This document shows, one piece after another, positions 44,924-52,608 of a DNA stretch of 64,000 nucleotides (the stretch's first letter is position 1; each line of letters begins with the position of its first letter). Position numbers and translations under genes: made by a program. The notes under the pieces were generated by a model. That model ran no database searches. It was not told the origin of the DNA and saw only the letters and a list, made by a program, of their open reading frames with translations. This stretch comes from a virus. Its lineage: Duplodnaviria; Caudoviricetes. The stretch is from positions 1 to 64,000 of IMG/VR virus record IMGVR_UViG_3300027782_000065, one strand, 5' to 3'.

Positions 44924-45245
44924 TAAATTGTTTGAGAGATTCAATCGTTTTAGTCATACTATTGAAAAGTAAATTCATATCTGTGTCGGGAGGAAATCCC
45001 ATAATTGCCACAGATTTGCGGAGATTCTCTTTCATCTCAACCGCTTGTGGGTCATCAGAAAGAGAAAGTCTTGTGTACATAATACGTTGCTTTTCCAGCA
45101 ACTGAGACAGTTTATCAATGTGTTCCAGTTTATCTTCACGGGTCATTGAACCGAATGATAAAATACTTCCATAAATGAACTTTTGAAGATCATTAATCTC
45201 CTCAAGTTCATCCTGAATCAATTCAGAATCAAAGAATTTACTCAT
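44913..45245 (-). CDS. conserved cyanophage protein (DUF1825-like)
   Basis: FFDSELIQ.EL.EI..LQ...LLEKQ.IMY.RLSLSDDP.A; located between gp59 and gp32. Confidence 0.75.
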   Translation of the reverse strand: MSKFFDSELIQDELEEINDLQKFIYGSILSFGSMTREDKLEHIDKLSQLLEKQRIMYTRLSLSDDPQAVEMKENLRKSVAIMGFPPDTDMNLLFNSMTKTIESLKQFIDK

Positions 45246-45828
45246 TTACAATTTCCCGCAAAAGTTTTTTGTACTGAAACTTATCAATATTTAGAAACGG
45301 TTTGTACTTCTTGATTTTTAAACTTACGGTTTCCCATACAGGGTCCATAAGTTTCTTATCAAACACATTCCCAAACTGAAAGATTATATCATAAATTACT
45401 AGTACTTCAGGTGAAATCTTCCCACCCAGGAACTTTTTTAGAACTGGTGGATGACCTTTCGAGCAGTTGAAAGCATCTTCTAATTTTGTTTCCGAGAGTA
45501 ATTCTTCCGATTGTTCTTTGAACAAGTAGGTCAAACTCTGCTGTCGTTTCATCCACTCTGTGTAAGTCCTTTCTCCAGAGTTTATGATTTCTCCAATCCA
45601 TATGTTTTGTGGGTTGTCTGTGGCAACAAAGTTTGATACAAGAAAATCTACAATTTCCTTATCAGAATATTTCCTTGAAGATTTTTCAAAAAAATACTTA
45701 TCCTTGCGTTTGTTAAAGGAAGTCAGAGTTGCTCTAGACTTCCCACCATATTTAAAGAAATCGTATTTTGGATTTGTAAAATGACTTTTAAGTGAAAGAT
45801 AATGTTGATATGTCTCAAATGGACTCAT
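45238..45828 (-). CDS. gp59: helicase loader gp59
   Basis: PFE.Y..YLSLKSHFTNPKYDFFKY.GK...F.KRKD.YFFEK. Confidence 0.9.
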   Translation of the reverse strand: MSPFETYQHYLSLKSHFTNPKYDFFKYGGKSRATLTSFNKRKDKYFFEKSSRKYSDKEIVDFLVSNFVATDNPQNIWIGEIINSGERTYTEWMKRQQSLTYLFKEQSEELLSETKLEDAFNCSKGHPPVLKKFLGGKISPEVLVIYDIIFQFGNVFDKKLMDPVWETVSLKIKKYKPFLNIDKFQYKKLLREIVNE

Positions 45829-46157
45829 AGTGGAAGTTTTGCTCTTGAAGTTTTCTTCATAAAGTTTAGATTGATGGCATCATACTTCAATCTTTCCTTA
45901 AGAGGTTTAGATACAAGTTTTGTAACAGAATCTACCTCAATACCATTAATTTCACAATAGTGACAAATAGCGTCAATATAATTCATATTCTCCTCCACAA
46001 CAATCTTCTCTATTTCAAGAGAAAACTTAGAAGGAGTTAGAAACTTATCCTCTATTGCTTGTTGTAAGGTTTCTTCATACTTCGGAGAGTATTCGTAAAA
46101 AGAGTCATTTCTTACATTAGACTTTCCATCTTTTCTTAGCGTTTTATCTGGTTCCAT
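45825..46157 (-). CDS. gp33: late-transcription coactivator gp33
   Basis: KFSLEIEKIV....NYIDAI..YCE.N.IE..SV.KL.SKPLKE.LK.DA..LNF; start moved to the MEPD codon to avoid a long overlap. Confidence 0.85.
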   Translation of the reverse strand: MEPDKTLRKDGKSNVRNDSFYEYSPKYEETLQQAIEDKFLTPSKFSLEIEKIVVEENMNYIDAICHYCEINGIEVDSVTKLVSKPLKERLKYDAINLNFMKKTSRAKLPL

Positions 46158-46830
46158 ACTGCTCAAGTTTATCTCCAACAAACTTTCTAATATATTGGAC
46201 GAGCAATTTGAGGTATTTTGCTTTGTCGTATTCTTCATAAACTACACATTCTCCATTTTCACAAGACATGATGATAACAAATTTTTTGACTGATATTCCA
46301 GTCAGTTCATAAAACATTGCTGCATAGGCACAGCACTGGACAAAATAATGATCAATCCACGCACGTGGTTTGGGTTTTTTGGAAGTCTTAAAGTCGATGA
46401 TTGCTAGTTCGCCATTATATTCGGCAATGCAATCAACCGTTCCCGCAATACCTAATTGCTTACTATATAGGGAACCTTCAAGAGAGTGAATATTATCAAT
46501 ATTCTTGAGAGTTGATTTAGCAATATTAAAAAGAAACTCTGAAATTGGTAGAATATCCGTAGGAAGATCTTGATTTTTCAGAAAATACTCAGTAAGAGTA
46601 TGCATATCCGTACCACGACTTGTTGCAAGTTTTGTGATACGGTCTGCTTCCTCATCACCAACTCTCTTCCGCCACTTCACAAAAATTTCTTTATTAAAAT
46701 GACTTGTAACAGAAGTAATTGAAAATAGTTTTAGAATCTCATCTTCATCAGGAACTTTATAATATCGAATACCATCTATAGTCTCCCGTTCAAGTTGCGG
46801 GAGAATCATATCAATATGATTAAATTTCAT
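46144..46830 (-). CDS. PD-(D/E)XK exonuclease
   Basis: SITSV...RGT.MH...AGTVDCIAEY.GELAIIDFKTS...Q..AYA. Confidence 0.9.
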   Translation of the reverse strand: MKFNHIDMILPQLERETIDGIRYYKVPDEDEILKLFSITSVTSHFNKEIFVKWRKRVGDEEADRITKLATSRGTDMHTLTEYFLKNQDLPTDILPISEFLFNIAKSTLKNIDNIHSLEGSLYSKQLGIAGTVDCIAEYNGELAIIDFKTSKKPKPRAWIDHYFVQCCAYAAMFYELTGISVKKFVIIMSCENGECVVYEEYDKAKYLKLLVQYIRKFVGDKLEQYGTR

Positions 46831-47537
46831 TTATGTAAAAATTTAAATGGACATTTTTTTATAGGCGTTTTTGAAAATAATTTAGATTTCCAATTATCTC
46901 TACTCATATCAAGATTACGATATTCTAATATATACTCATCAATTTTTTTTTGATCTAATTCTTTTTTTAAGATAATTCCATCATCTAAGTTTGGAGGATA
47001 AAAAGATAGTCTAAAAAGAGGATCTCCTTTTTTTATTGTTATTGGTTTTGTTTCATCTATCATGGTTACTACCAAAGCAATATTCCTTTTCCAGTTAGAT
47101 AAGTTAAACCATCCAGAAACAGCAACAAAATTATTATTTAAAGATGTCATTGGATGATCATTAAATTCCATCCAAATATTCGGAATATCTGTCCAAAAAA
47201 ACAATCGCGGATAACTTATTTCAAATAATGGTGAGGGACCATCCAAATTAAATGGATAAAAATTTAGTCCAGAATCAGATTCAAAAATATCCCGCGATTG
47301 CTCATAATTTATAAAATTTTGATCACCAACACTAATTAATTTATTTTTCCTATCAATTTTAAAAGAAAGGTCAAAGGGAGATATTCCAACAAAAGTTCTA
47401 TTACTTTTATGATTAAAAACTGGACAAGTTGAATATAAAGATTTGCTATCAATTAATTTTGTATTTCTAATTAATATTTCATTCAATTCAGTTTTATTAT
47501 TTTCAGAAATTATACAATTAATTTTAACATTACTCAT
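46827..47537 (-). CDS. hypothetical protein (possibly dUTPase-like fold)
   Basis: CPVF...SPFDL...GWFN...W.RNI...IKKGDPLFRL; AT-rich gene inside the core block. Confidence 0.5.
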   Translation of the reverse strand: MSNVKINCIISENNKTELNEILIRNTKLIDSKSLYSTCPVFNHKSNRTFVGISPFDLSFKIDRKNKLISVGDQNFINYEQSRDIFESDSGLNFYPFNLDGPSPLFEISYPRLFFWTDIPNIWMEFNDHPMTSLNNNFVAVSGWFNLSNWKRNIALVVTMIDETKPITIKKGDPLFRLSFYPPNLDDGIILKKELDQKKIDEYILEYRNLDMSRDNWKSKLFSKTPIKKCPFKFLHK

Positions 47538-48292
47538 TAAAGACCTACTTCTAATTTTGCAATAATATATTCTTTGACAAGTCCAGAACGGACAATATCA
47601 TCAACACCAAACTCTATTATATCAATAGATGGCATTTTACGCAAGATGTTCATAAAATCAACAATTCCATTACGCTCATTAGATTTCTGCAAATCCGACT
47701 GAGAAGCATCTCCACAAAACATAATCTTAGAGTTCTCACCAACACGAGTAATGATTGAATCCAGTTCATGTGCTGTGCAGTTTTGGAATTCATCTACAAT
47801 GACGATAGAGTTATCAAGTGTGGTTCCTCTTAAGAATGAGGTGCTCCAGAATTTAATAGTCTCCTGTGACTTAAGATTACCATAGAGCATCTCAAACTCG
47901 GCATCAGAAGGCATCTGGAACATATACTTCACCATATTCTTATAAGGAATCTGGTAGATGTCTGACTTATCCTCATAGGAACCAGGAAGGAAACCAATCT
48001 CTCTGGTAGCAACTAAAGAACGAACAAGATAAATTTTCTCATAAGGAGTTCTTTCATCAAGAACTTCACGAAGAGCATTGTAAAGAGTGATGAAAGTCTT
48101 ACCCGTTCCTGCACATCCATAGGCAACAAGGTGCTTACCTTCGGCATATGCATCAAAAAGTTTTCTTTGATTGTCTGTGAGTGGGTCAATATCTAATAGA
48201 TATTCACTCCCAAGTGCCTTTTTTCTTTTCATCTGACGAGTTGTAAGACCAACACCGATTGGTTGATCATTCGTTCTTTTTCTTCTTGCCAT
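47537..48292 (-). CDS. phoH: PhoH-family ATPase
   Basis: GCAGTGKT, RSLV, IGFLPG, SFLRGTT, IVDEFQN, TRVGENSK, GDASQSD. Confidence 0.95.
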   Translation of the reverse strand: MARRKRTNDQPIGVGLTTRQMKRKKALGSEYLLDIDPLTDNQRKLFDAYAEGKHLVAYGCAGTGKTFITLYNALREVLDERTPYEKIYLVRSLVATREIGFLPGSYEDKSDIYQIPYKNMVKYMFQMPSDAEFEMLYGNLKSQETIKFWSTSFLRGTTLDNSIVIVDEFQNCTAHELDSIITRVGENSKIMFCGDASQSDLQKSNERNGIVDFMNILRKMPSIDIIEFGVDDIVRSGLVKEYIIAKLEVGL

Positions 48293-48301
48293 ATTAGTAG
48301 T

Positions 48302-48544
48302 TTAGATTTTCTTTACTATTGACCCAGGCATTTTCTGAGCACGACCCAATACATCATTCCATCCAGGATTTTTTGCGACGAGTTTATCTTTCCACTCACC
48401 GACTTCTCCCGGACTTGCGGATCCCTGCGACCAATCCCTTTTCCATTCAGGATTGTCCTGATACCACTGTGTGATATCATGAACACTCATTTCAATCACT
48501 TTAGTCTCACCAGTTTCTTTGTTTATAATGGGATATATTGCCAT
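48302..48544 (-). CDS. conserved small phage protein (FmdB-like position)
   Basis: MAIYPIINKETGE...W...NP.W...GW..VL; immediately upstream of phoH. Confidence 0.7.
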   Translation of the reverse strand: MAIYPIINKETGETKVIEMSVHDITQWYQDNPEWKRDWSQGSASPGEVGEWKDKLVAKNPGWNDVLGRAQKMPGSIVKKI

Positions 48545-48574
48545 TTTTTTTAATAATGTGTATGGTTATTTAGA

Positions 48575-49327
48575 TTAAGGACTCAACCTTGCCTTATGAA
48601 GTCTCTTCTCTTCATAGTATGCCCAAACATTTGGAGTCCATTTTTGAAGTTCTGGTGCAAAAGAATCACACAATGCTTGAATCTCAAGTTGTGCGTCAAG
48701 TTTAGAACGAAGATCCATAAAGTGAAGTACAGAACGAAGATTGAATGAAACTACAAAGTTCTGGCGAATTGCTTGTGCAAGATAATCACGAATGTGCTCT
48801 TCACACATACCCTTATCATACTTTACAGCATAACGCTTACACCCCTCCAGAATCCACTGTAGTTCATCTTGCCGATCTTCTCCTGTCCACTCATACTTCT
48901 TTCCCTTACGGTTGGTATAGAACCCCACAGGGCGCACATAGAAGACTTCTTCAACATCTAGTTCCCCACTGGCAACTTTAACTACACGCTTACCAGTATA
49001 ACGCTGAGATTGAACATCCCAGGTAGTTCCGATACGATGAGTTCTTGCCTGAACCATTACATTATGAACAAATCCAGCACAAGAAAATGTAATTTGTGGA
49101 TGCTCTAAAGGTCCCCAATGTCCCCTTTCATTTGCCAGAAGTTGTTCTACAACCCACTCACCACATTTTTGATTGCTAGGAACTTCCACTTGATGAATAG
49201 GAACTTCAGAATAATCACCCTTACCTGCTTGCCAAATTACTTGCTCTGGAATTGGGTAGCATTGAAGTTTTACTACCTCAAGATTCTTATCAAGTTCAAG
49301 TAGATCTTTTGATTTAATAGGTCTCAT
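48575..49327 (-). CDS. thyX: flavin-dependent thymidylate synthase
   Basis: GHWGPLEH, QARTHR..T.DVQSQRY, NLRSVLHF..LR...AQLEI. Confidence 0.9.
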   Translation of the reverse strand: MRPIKSKDLLELDKNLEVVKLQCYPIPEQVIWQAGKGDYSEVPIHQVEVPSNQKCGEWVVEQLLANERGHWGPLEHPQITFSCAGFVHNVMVQARTHRIGTTWDVQSQRYTGKRVVKVASGELDVEEVFYVRPVGFYTNRKGKKYEWTGEDRQDELQWILEGCKRYAVKYDKGMCEEHIRDYLAQAIRQNFVVSFNLRSVLHFMDLRSKLDAQLEIQALCDSFAPELQKWTPNVWAYYEEKRLHKARLSP

Positions 49328-49479
49328 TTCTTTCCAAATCCTTTATATTCTTTTGATTTTTGCTTTTCTAATTCTAGCACAGAAAGTTGTGTCTTCATAA
49401 ATTGAAGTTCTTCACCAGAATACAAATGGTCTTGTTTCAGTGCTTGCTTAATTAATTGAATTGCCTTTTTAGTTCTCAT
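49324..49479 (-). CDS. small hypothetical protein (51 aa, not in the ORF track)
   Basis: Manual translation MRTKKAIQLIKQALKQDHLYSGEELQFMK...KGFGKK*; ATGA overlaps at both ends. Confidence 0.7.
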   Translation of the reverse strand: MRTKKAIQLIKQALKQDHLYSGEELQFMKTQLSVLELEKQKSKEYKGFGKK

Positions 49480-49631
49480 TCAAAATCCTCAAAAATTTCG
49501 TCGTAATCTAACTCTTTTGGTGTAATATCATCAAACTTATATTCCGGAATATCAGAATATAATTCTGTTTTTAAGGAATCGACAAGAAGTTCCATATTAC
49601 GAACAATAAGTTTTACTTTTTCCTTATCCAT
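49476..49631 (-). CDS. small acidic hypothetical protein (51 aa, not in the ORF track)
   Basis: Manual translation MDKEKVKLIVRNMELLVDSLKTELYSD...DYDEIFEDFE*. Confidence 0.7.
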   Translation of the reverse strand: MDKEKVKLIVRNMELLVDSLKTELYSDIPEYKFDDITPKELDYDEIFEDFE

Positions 49632-49662
49632 AAGTTAAAATTGTTTCAATTCATTTTAGCAT

Positions 49663-49689
49663 AAAAAAAGGAGGGAATCAATCCCTCCA
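49663..49689 (-). terminator. intrinsic terminator after the 30-aa ORF
   Basis: GGAGGGA-TTGAT-TCCCTCC followed by a T-run. Confidence 0.75.
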
Positions 49690-49694
49690 GATAA

Positions 49695-49787
49695 TCAGCG
49701 CATTGCCATTGCAAGTTTTGCTTGGTGTTTGCGTTGTTCCTTTTCCTTTTGTTGTTTAATTAAAATAAGTTGCCAATTGTTTTTCAT
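49695..49787 (-). CDS. 30-aa basic peptide downstream of the glutamine riboswitch
   Basis: AAAGGAG Shine-Dalgarno, then MKNNWQLILIKQQKEKEQRKHQAKLAMAMR*. Confidence 0.7.
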   Translation of the reverse strand: MKNNWQLILIKQQKEKEQRKHQAKLAMAMR

Positions 49788-49817
49788 AAGAGGTGCTCCT
49801 TTACTTTGTGGGTATTG

Positions 49818-49868
49818 GTGCGTTGCTTCCCTTATTGGTACTTCCACTGGTTTCCCAGTCAACGTTTG
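49818..49868 (-). promoter_or_regulatory. glnA-motif (glutamine-I) riboswitch
   Basis: CGTTG-ACTGG-GAAA-CCAGT-GGAAGTA-CC-AATAA-GG-GAAGCAACGC; the conserved core CGUUG..GGAAGUA..GAAGCAACGC matches the cyanobacterial glnA RNA as recalled. Confidence 0.85.
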
Positions 49869-49870
49869 GA

Positions 49871-49878
49871 TATTTATA
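49871..49878 (-). promoter_or_regulatory. T4 late promoter TATAAATA
   Basis: Exact consensus immediately 5' of the riboswitch. Confidence 0.75.
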
Positions 49879-49964
49879 TAATTAATTTTGTAACATTTGA
49901 TACAATTTTAAAAACCTTCGCGTGAGAAAATTTTTGGAGGAATTTTTTCCGACTATTTTGAAAA

Positions 49965-50363
49965 TCACTTTCGCTTTTTCCTTTCGGGTGCCTTGTATCC
50001 CCAGACTTTTGGACTAACTCTTCCATCTGCCCATCTAAATTCCTTTAGATCTTCACGAAATTTATCCCAATACATATCAAACAAACTAGTTCTTTTTGAA
50101 CATCTTGTAATATCATAACAAAGTTTTCCATCAAGAACATAAGAAACTAAGTATGCATCAAGAGGTAACTGTGGATTTTTAGAATCTTTTACATTACAAT
50201 TTTCGTGCAGTATTTCACAACCATAACGTGATTTGGAAATTTCTCTTTCTTGCAATGTCCAAACTTCCAATTTTTCTTTCTTAGATACCTCTTCATTTTG
50301 TATTGACATCTTTTTTCTTGGTGCAGTATTATTTTCCATTATATCAATTTCAATGTTTTTCAA
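49965..50363 (-). CDS. conserved hypothetical phage protein
   Basis: YGCEILHENC...LP.DAY.V.Y...YDI.R...FDMYWDKF...GRV.PK.WGY. Confidence 0.75.
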   Translation of the reverse strand: MKNIEIDIMENNTAPRKKMSIQNEEVSKKEKLEVWTLQEREISKSRYGCEILHENCNVKDSKNPQLPLDAYLVSYVLDGKLCYDITRCSKRTSLFDMYWDKFREDLKEFRWADGRVSPKVWGYKAPERKKRK

Positions 50364-50984
50364 TCAGGTCCTATTACCCCATTTAATGTCTGGATAAGCA
50401 TCCGAAACAATTTGCTTGGTAATCTTATATTTTGTTTCTAGTTTTTTATCTTTAACCAGAATAAGAATCTCTGCCTCAAGTGGATGCAGTCCCTCAAGAA
50501 CATTAATGAACATTGTTTCTCTACGAAGAGAACTTAGTCCATCATTACCTCCACGAATAAAATTATAAAACCGTGTATATTCTTTGCGAATTGTAGATCT
50601 ACCTTGATCATTCATACCAAGTGAATTAGATCCCATTTCAGACATTTTACTGACTGCATCATTAATTTTACCACTAACAGTCCCACCAAAAGAATTTTGC
50701 TCCCCAACACTTGCATAAGGAACATCCCCTTCAGGAAGCATAGAGATTAAACTTTCATCAAAATTCCAAATAAACAGAGCCTTCAGAGAAGGATCTCCAT
50801 ATTTTTTAAGAACTTCAACTTTTTTTGCATTTGTACGCTGTTTTGATGCAAGATTCAAAACTTCATATGCAAATGGATTTTGTGGAAGTTCTATGATTGC
50901 TGTAGGTTCTTTTACAACAATTTCTTTAGTCTTCGTCTTCGGCGTCGTCGTAGTCATAATTTTCGTTTTCAAATCTAAAAGCAA
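50364..50984 (-). CDS. conserved T4-like hypothetical protein
   Basis: LK.LFIWNFD...LPEG.VPY...LRRETMFI..LEGLHP.EAE.L..VKDK.L; probable start at the internal MTTT. Confidence 0.8.
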   Translation of the reverse strand: MLLDLKTKIMTTTTPKTKTKEIVVKEPTAIIELPQNPFAYEVLNLASKQRTNAKKVEVLKKYGDPSLKALFIWNFDESLISMLPEGDVPYASVGEQNSFGGTVSGKINDAVSKMSEMGSNSLGMNDQGRSTIRKEYTRFYNFIRGGNDGLSSLRRETMFINVLEGLHPLEAEILILVKDKKLETKYKITKQIVSDAYPDIKWGNRT

Positions 50985-51153
50985 TTACTTCGTCAGGAAT
51001 AATATTCCCATTGTTATCAAAAAATTCAGGATGCACTTTTGGTCCTTCCTGATAGTTCATCATATATTCTCTAGCGACCCAACCCGCGAGCAGTCCAACA
51101 ATAAGAAACAGAGTGGTTATTAAACAACCGATTACTAAACTTGTTGCTAACAT
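50926..51153 (-). CDS. small membrane protein
   Basis: One transmembrane helix, then HPEFFD.NGNIIPDE. Confidence 0.7.
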   Translation of the reverse strand: MLATSLVIGCLITTLFLIVGLLAGWVAREYMMNYQEGPKVHPEFFDNNGNIIPDEVIAFRFENENYDYDDAEDED

Positions 51154-51170
51154 TTTTTTTCTCCTGGGAA

Positions 51171-51356
51171 CTACTTAGTTTTCTTTATCGATAAAGAAAA
51201 TTCAAAATAGATGGTCACCTCCCTTTTTAGAAAGCAAACCAACTTTTCAAAAATAATATGGAAATTCTTGGGTTGCCTTCTCTTACCTCCAGTTAAGATA
51301 AGTTCTAAACCACGATTAATGTGATTGTCTAAGTTATTTATGTTTGAATCAGACAA
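51171..51356 (-). CDS. small hypothetical protein
   Basis: 61 aa; ATG overlaps the glutaredoxin 3' end. Confidence 0.65.
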   Translation of the reverse strand: MSDSNINNLDNHINRGLELILTGGKRRQPKNFHIIFEKLVCFLKREVTIYFEFSLSIKKTK

Positions 51357-51585
51357 CTTGCATCTCTTTCAAAAATTTAACGGTATCAGTACATCCACCA
51401 AGTTTTTTTTCATCACAAAGAACCTGGGGAAAGGTAGATCCTTCTCCAAATTCAGCATAAAACTCCTCTTTCGTAAAGTCTTCATTCAGATTATACACTA
51501 CAAAGTTATTCCCCGTCAACTCAAGAACTTTTTTAACTTTGTAGCAATATGGGCATTCTGGTTTTGAATAAACTGTAAAATTCAT
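51349..51585 (-). CDS. nrdC: glutaredoxin
   Basis: CPYC active site, TFPQV, GGCTD. Confidence 0.95.
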   Translation of the reverse strand: MNFTVYSKPECPYCYKVKKVLELTGNNFVVYNLNEDFTKEEFYAEFGEGSTFPQVLCDEKKLGGCTDTVKFLKEMQVV

Positions 51586-51616
51586 AGTTTGTTTAATTCT
51601 ATTATAATTTATATAA

Positions 51617-51643
51617 GAAAAAAGAGGAGATTTCTCTCCTCTT
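51617..51643 (-). terminator. intrinsic terminator
   Basis: AAGAGGAGA-GAAA-TCTCCTCTT followed by a T-run. Confidence 0.8.
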
Positions 51644-51723
51644 ATTATACCACCAACTCACTTCTTCCCACCACAGAAGAAGGTCTTGGTCCCGAAGTCA
51701 CAGGGAATCATCAAGACTCCTAT

Positions 51724-51752
51724 ATTATAAAGGATTTAGTTTCAAATGTCAA
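51724..51752 (-). promoter_or_regulatory. consensus sigma70 promoter
   Basis: TTGACA-17 nt-TATAAT. Confidence 0.85.
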
Positions 51753-52593
51753 TCCCCATATTTCTAAAAATATCCAATACTTCATCATAAAAACATGAAT
51801 GACCTTTATATTCATCAATACTAAAGTGCTTGCTCGGCCATTCAAAATCTATGACATCTTTTGGAAAAGATAAAAATGCTTTGGTAATTGTTTGAATGGA
51901 TACATCTTGAGAATGATACCAATAGATGGCACCATCATACAAAGACTTATCAGGTGTTAAAATCAAATTATTAATCTCATCATTAAATTTAGCACAGTAG
52001 TGAGCACCAATATAAGTTTCTGTTCTTATAAAATGATTATAATATTTGTGCAGATGTTGTTTAGTAACTTTGATTTGATCTATCAATCCATATTTTTCTA
52101 AGGGAATATCAAAAAGGTCAATTAGGTCTTCAGTATAACCCCAGAAAATATGGTCCCTAGGGGAAAAAAGCAAATTGAGAAAAATACCGGCAACGAATAT
52201 TCTACCTTTGGGTTTATTCTGATCATATTGATATGAAGAAACTTTATCCTTATTCATCATAAAAAAATCAAACATTTTCATCATACTATCGTATGTGTAT
52301 TTTTGATCAGATCTCATCTTCACAGAATACATTGTATTTGATTTTTTTAATCCTTGAAGTGATGAATAAATTTGAAGATTTCTATTATCAGTTCCTGGAG
52401 ATTCTGGGTACTCATTTATTACAAATTGGACTCTATCGGAAAAATATTTTGGATAGACTGGACCTTTATTATCTTCCCAACAGGAAACAATAATATCATT
52501 TACACAAGGTATATTCAGATAAGACTCAATAATCTGATCCGAATACTCATCATATTTTCCTTGAAGGATTATATTTACTTTATCTTCAATCAT
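51742..52593 (-). CDS. WavE-like lipopolysaccharide synthesis protein
   Basis: IILQG...IIVSCW...NRNLQIYSS..GL...KMRSDQ...PRDHIFWG. Confidence 0.7.
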   Translation of the reverse strand: MIEDKVNIILQGKYDEYSDQIIESYLNIPCVNDIIVSCWEDNKGPVYPKYFSDRVQFVINEYPESPGTDNRNLQIYSSLQGLKKSNTMYSVKMRSDQKYTYDSMMKMFDFFMMNKDKVSSYQYDQNKPKGRIFVAGIFLNLLFSPRDHIFWGYTEDLIDLFDIPLEKYGLIDQIKVTKQHLHKYYNHFIRTETYIGAHYCAKFNDEINNLILTPDKSLYDGAIYWYHSQDVSIQTITKAFLSFPKDVIDFEWPSKHFSIDEYKGHSCFYDEVLDIFRNMGIDI

Positions 52594-52608
52594 GGTTAGA
52601 AATATAAA

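Noticed and set aside
45825-46238. 137-aa version of gp33
   Set aside because: It would overlap the exonuclease by 95 nt; the internal MEPD start at 46157 is more plausible
43937-49327. Introns, inteins or homing endonucleases in gp32, phoH or thyX
   Set aside because: All have normal length and continuous motifs; no HNH, GIY-YIG or LAGLIDADG signature was recognised
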